This document shows, piece after piece, positions 27,285-28,831 of a stretch of 28,831 nt of DNA. Positions within the stretch are counted from its first letter, which is position 1. Every line of letters begins with the position of its first letter. Location of the stretch: NCBI GenBank assembly GCA_043819555.1, contig JBDREQ010000074.1:1-28831 (forward strand), given 5' to 3'. This stretch comes from Candidatus Zixiibacteriota bacterium. GTDB lineage: Bacteria > Zixibacteria > MSB-5A5 > GN15 > JAAZOE01. The notes under the pieces are model-generated. The model saw only the letters and a list, made by a program, of their open reading frames with translations, searched no databases and was not told the origin of the DNA. A program made the translations under genes and the position numbers.

Positions 27285-28034
27285 TTAGAAATGAATCGAA
27301 AATCCGATTCTGGCCTGCGATCCGTATAAATGTATTCCGTCGTCGAATGATTCATGATCGGTTATCAGGCGACCATGAAGATTATATCGTTCCACCTCCA
27401 TTATGTACCATTCATTCTGAGCGATGAAACCATATTCGGCCAGCACGCTGATGCTTCTCCCGAGATGCCATTCCATCCCCAGTGAACCTTCGAGTCCGAA
27501 TCCGAGCCGCACACCCTCTTTTGAATCCACCGATTCCATCCATTCAAACGGAAAATTATTGAAATGGCTGACGATAGTTCCCGGGCCGGTTTCATAGGCG
27601 CTCAGGCGAGGTCCCATTCCCCAGAAAAAATCGACTGTGTTGCCAGGGGAGGGATAAAAAAGATATTGCAAAGATAAATTCGCCCCGTCGATATTGGTCG
27701 GATAATAATGGTTGTGAAAGATCAGATCGGCGTCGTGGGTCTCAACAATTCCGTCATTCAAAAACAGGTTATCGCGTTCGACAAATCCGAGATTGAATCT
27801 AAGAGCGGAGCCTGACCTGTTTTTCTTCATTATCGATAAACGCACGCCTTCATATTCGTCGTCATCATTGTCCATCCGACCATCAAAGGCAAATTGAAAA
27901 GTCCAGGGGCGGAAAGGTTCGTCGGTTTTCACTTTCCGTTGGCGGCGCACGATATCACCGAAAGCCTGCTGACAGAATATTGTAACGATGAGAAGGATCA
28001 ACAATGTTCTGATAGATTTGGCATAGGTTTTCAT
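27285..28034 (-). CDS. Small outer-membrane beta-barrel protein of unknown function
   Basis: Signal peptide (MKTYAK...QQAFG), alternating beta-strands (GLEGSLGMEWHL..SISVLAEYG) and a C-terminal beta-signal IGFSIHF. GAGGA RBS. Confidence 0.75.
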   Translation of the reverse strand: MKTYAKSIRTLLILLIVTIFCQQAFGDIVRRQRKVKTDEPFRPWTFQFAFDGRMDNDDDEYEGVRLSIMKKNRSGSALRFNLGFVERDNLFLNDGIVETHDADLIFHNHYYPTNIDGANLSLQYLFYPSPGNTVDFFWGMGPRLSAYETGPGTIVSHFNNFPFEWMESVDSKEGVRLGFGLEGSLGMEWHLGRSISVLAEYGFIAQNEWYIMEVERYNLHGRLITDHESFDDGIHLYGSQARIGFSIHF

Positions 28035-28088
28035 TTTTTACTTCCTCACTTCGATTGGTTCTAAGTTTTGCCATACGGCTTTATAAAT

Positions 28089-28104
28089 AGCAAGCCTTGT
28101 GCCA
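28089..28104 (-). promoter_or_regulatory. Sigma54 (RpoN) -24/-12 promoter
   Basis: Minus strand TGGCACAAGGCTTGCT is an exact TGGCAC-N5-TTGC match, 55 bp upstream of the ATG at 28034. Confidence 0.85.
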
Positions 28105-28276
28105 AAGATTATTACGTGTTGTTAATGAGTAAGTTACGCAAAATATGATAAAAATTGCCTCGACTCAATGCACAATAATTGTTCATTTTGATATGCTTCA
28201 CATTCAGATTCTGTGCTACACGATTGACTTGTCATTGCGAATCTCATAGGTTTAGATTTCTGCGGCTTCTACATAA

Positions 28277-28300
28277 CGACAACCCGAGGGTTGTCGCTAC
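28277..28300 (-). repeat. GTAG-type REP-like palindrome
   Basis: Minus strand GTAG followed by CGACAACCC-TC-GGGTTGTCG, a perfect 9-bp stem. Confidence 0.65.
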
Positions 28301-28319
28301 GCAACAAAAATTCATCATT

Positions 28320-28415
28320 GTTATACTCGCGAAAGCGGTTATCCAGGAAATATCTGGCTTTCTCTGGATTCCCGACTCGCTTCGCCCAGAAGGGGCTTCG
28401 CTCTCGAGAATGACA
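28320..28415. repeat. Degenerate GTCATTCCCGCG-type palindromic repeat element
   Basis: Left arm GTTATACTCGCGAAAGCGGTTATCCAG; right arm CTGGATTCCCGA...TCGAGAATGACA. A further half-copy GTCATTCCTGCGAAAGCAGAA lies at 28671-28691. Confidence 0.6.
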
Positions 28416-28433
28416 GAAGAAATGCAATTTCCA

Positions 28434-28483
28434 GTAGGGGTGGCTTGTGAGCCGCCCACGGGCCCGTCGCGACGAGCCCCTAC
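28434..28483. repeat. Inverted pair of GTAG REP-like units (REPIN-like doublet)
   Basis: GTAGGGGTGGCTTGTGAGCCGCCC, 2 nt, then GGGCCCGTCGCGACGAGCCCCTAC. Each 24-nt arm begins GTAGGGG and has an internal hairpin. Confidence 0.7.
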
Positions 28484-28831
28484 ACATTCGCCGCAATGTT
28501 TAAGATGATTTTGAATTGAAAATCTGATAGTTATCCACATTTTATTTTGCATAATTCCCTGTAATACGATGCGTCTCTGTTCGTTACGGAAAAATGGCTT
28601 TGTTCTGTCATTTTTAGTTATTCGTTACCAGTTTGATGGTGATTCCGAACAAGTAAACGCCTATTCATTTGTCATTCCTGCGAAAGCAGAAAGGTGGATT
28701 CACATTTGAAGTGCAACAGTTTATCTCCAAATAACTCAGCTGGGGTTCGAAAGTCCAGACATTTCCTTGGAGTGTTATTATAAGCGCAAATGAGTTTGAA
28801 GAAGCGATCATCAGTAAGTGTAGCCAAATCA

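Noticed and set aside
28179..28552. Three overlapping ORFs of 75-109 aa at the right end
   Set aside because: They are explained by GC-rich palindromic repeats that lack stop codons, and have no RBS or domain signature.

Overview
Bacterial DNA of moderate GC, probably from an anaerobic diderm (taxon cannot be fixed from sequence alone). Left to right: a truncated response regulator, a CPA2 cation/H+ antiporter and a tandem-ACT protein. Next is a tightly coupled minus-strand operon, qmoA-qmoB-qmoC-dsrJ-dsrO-dsrP-histidine kinase-response regulator (11972->2713). Then come a divergent PiT-family transporter with a PhoU-like tail, a two-gene unit (large outer-membrane barrel plus a 2849-aa protein with 23 PKD repeats, DUF11 repeats, an SdrD-B-like domain and an OmpA/MotB-like domain), tpx, a small OMP behind a consensus sigma54 promoter, and a non-coding tail with several REP-like palindromes. 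Two candidate novel systems stand out. (1) A chimeric QmoABC-DsrJOP redox operon in which qmoC sits where dsrMK normally would (ATGA overlap with dsrJ), with no aprBA or dsrMK in the window and its own two-component system. (2) A barrel plus giant PKD-stalk surface system whose cysteine pattern co-varies as expected for inter-domain disulfide staples with one unstapled hinge. All family calls are by motif recognition; no searches were run.
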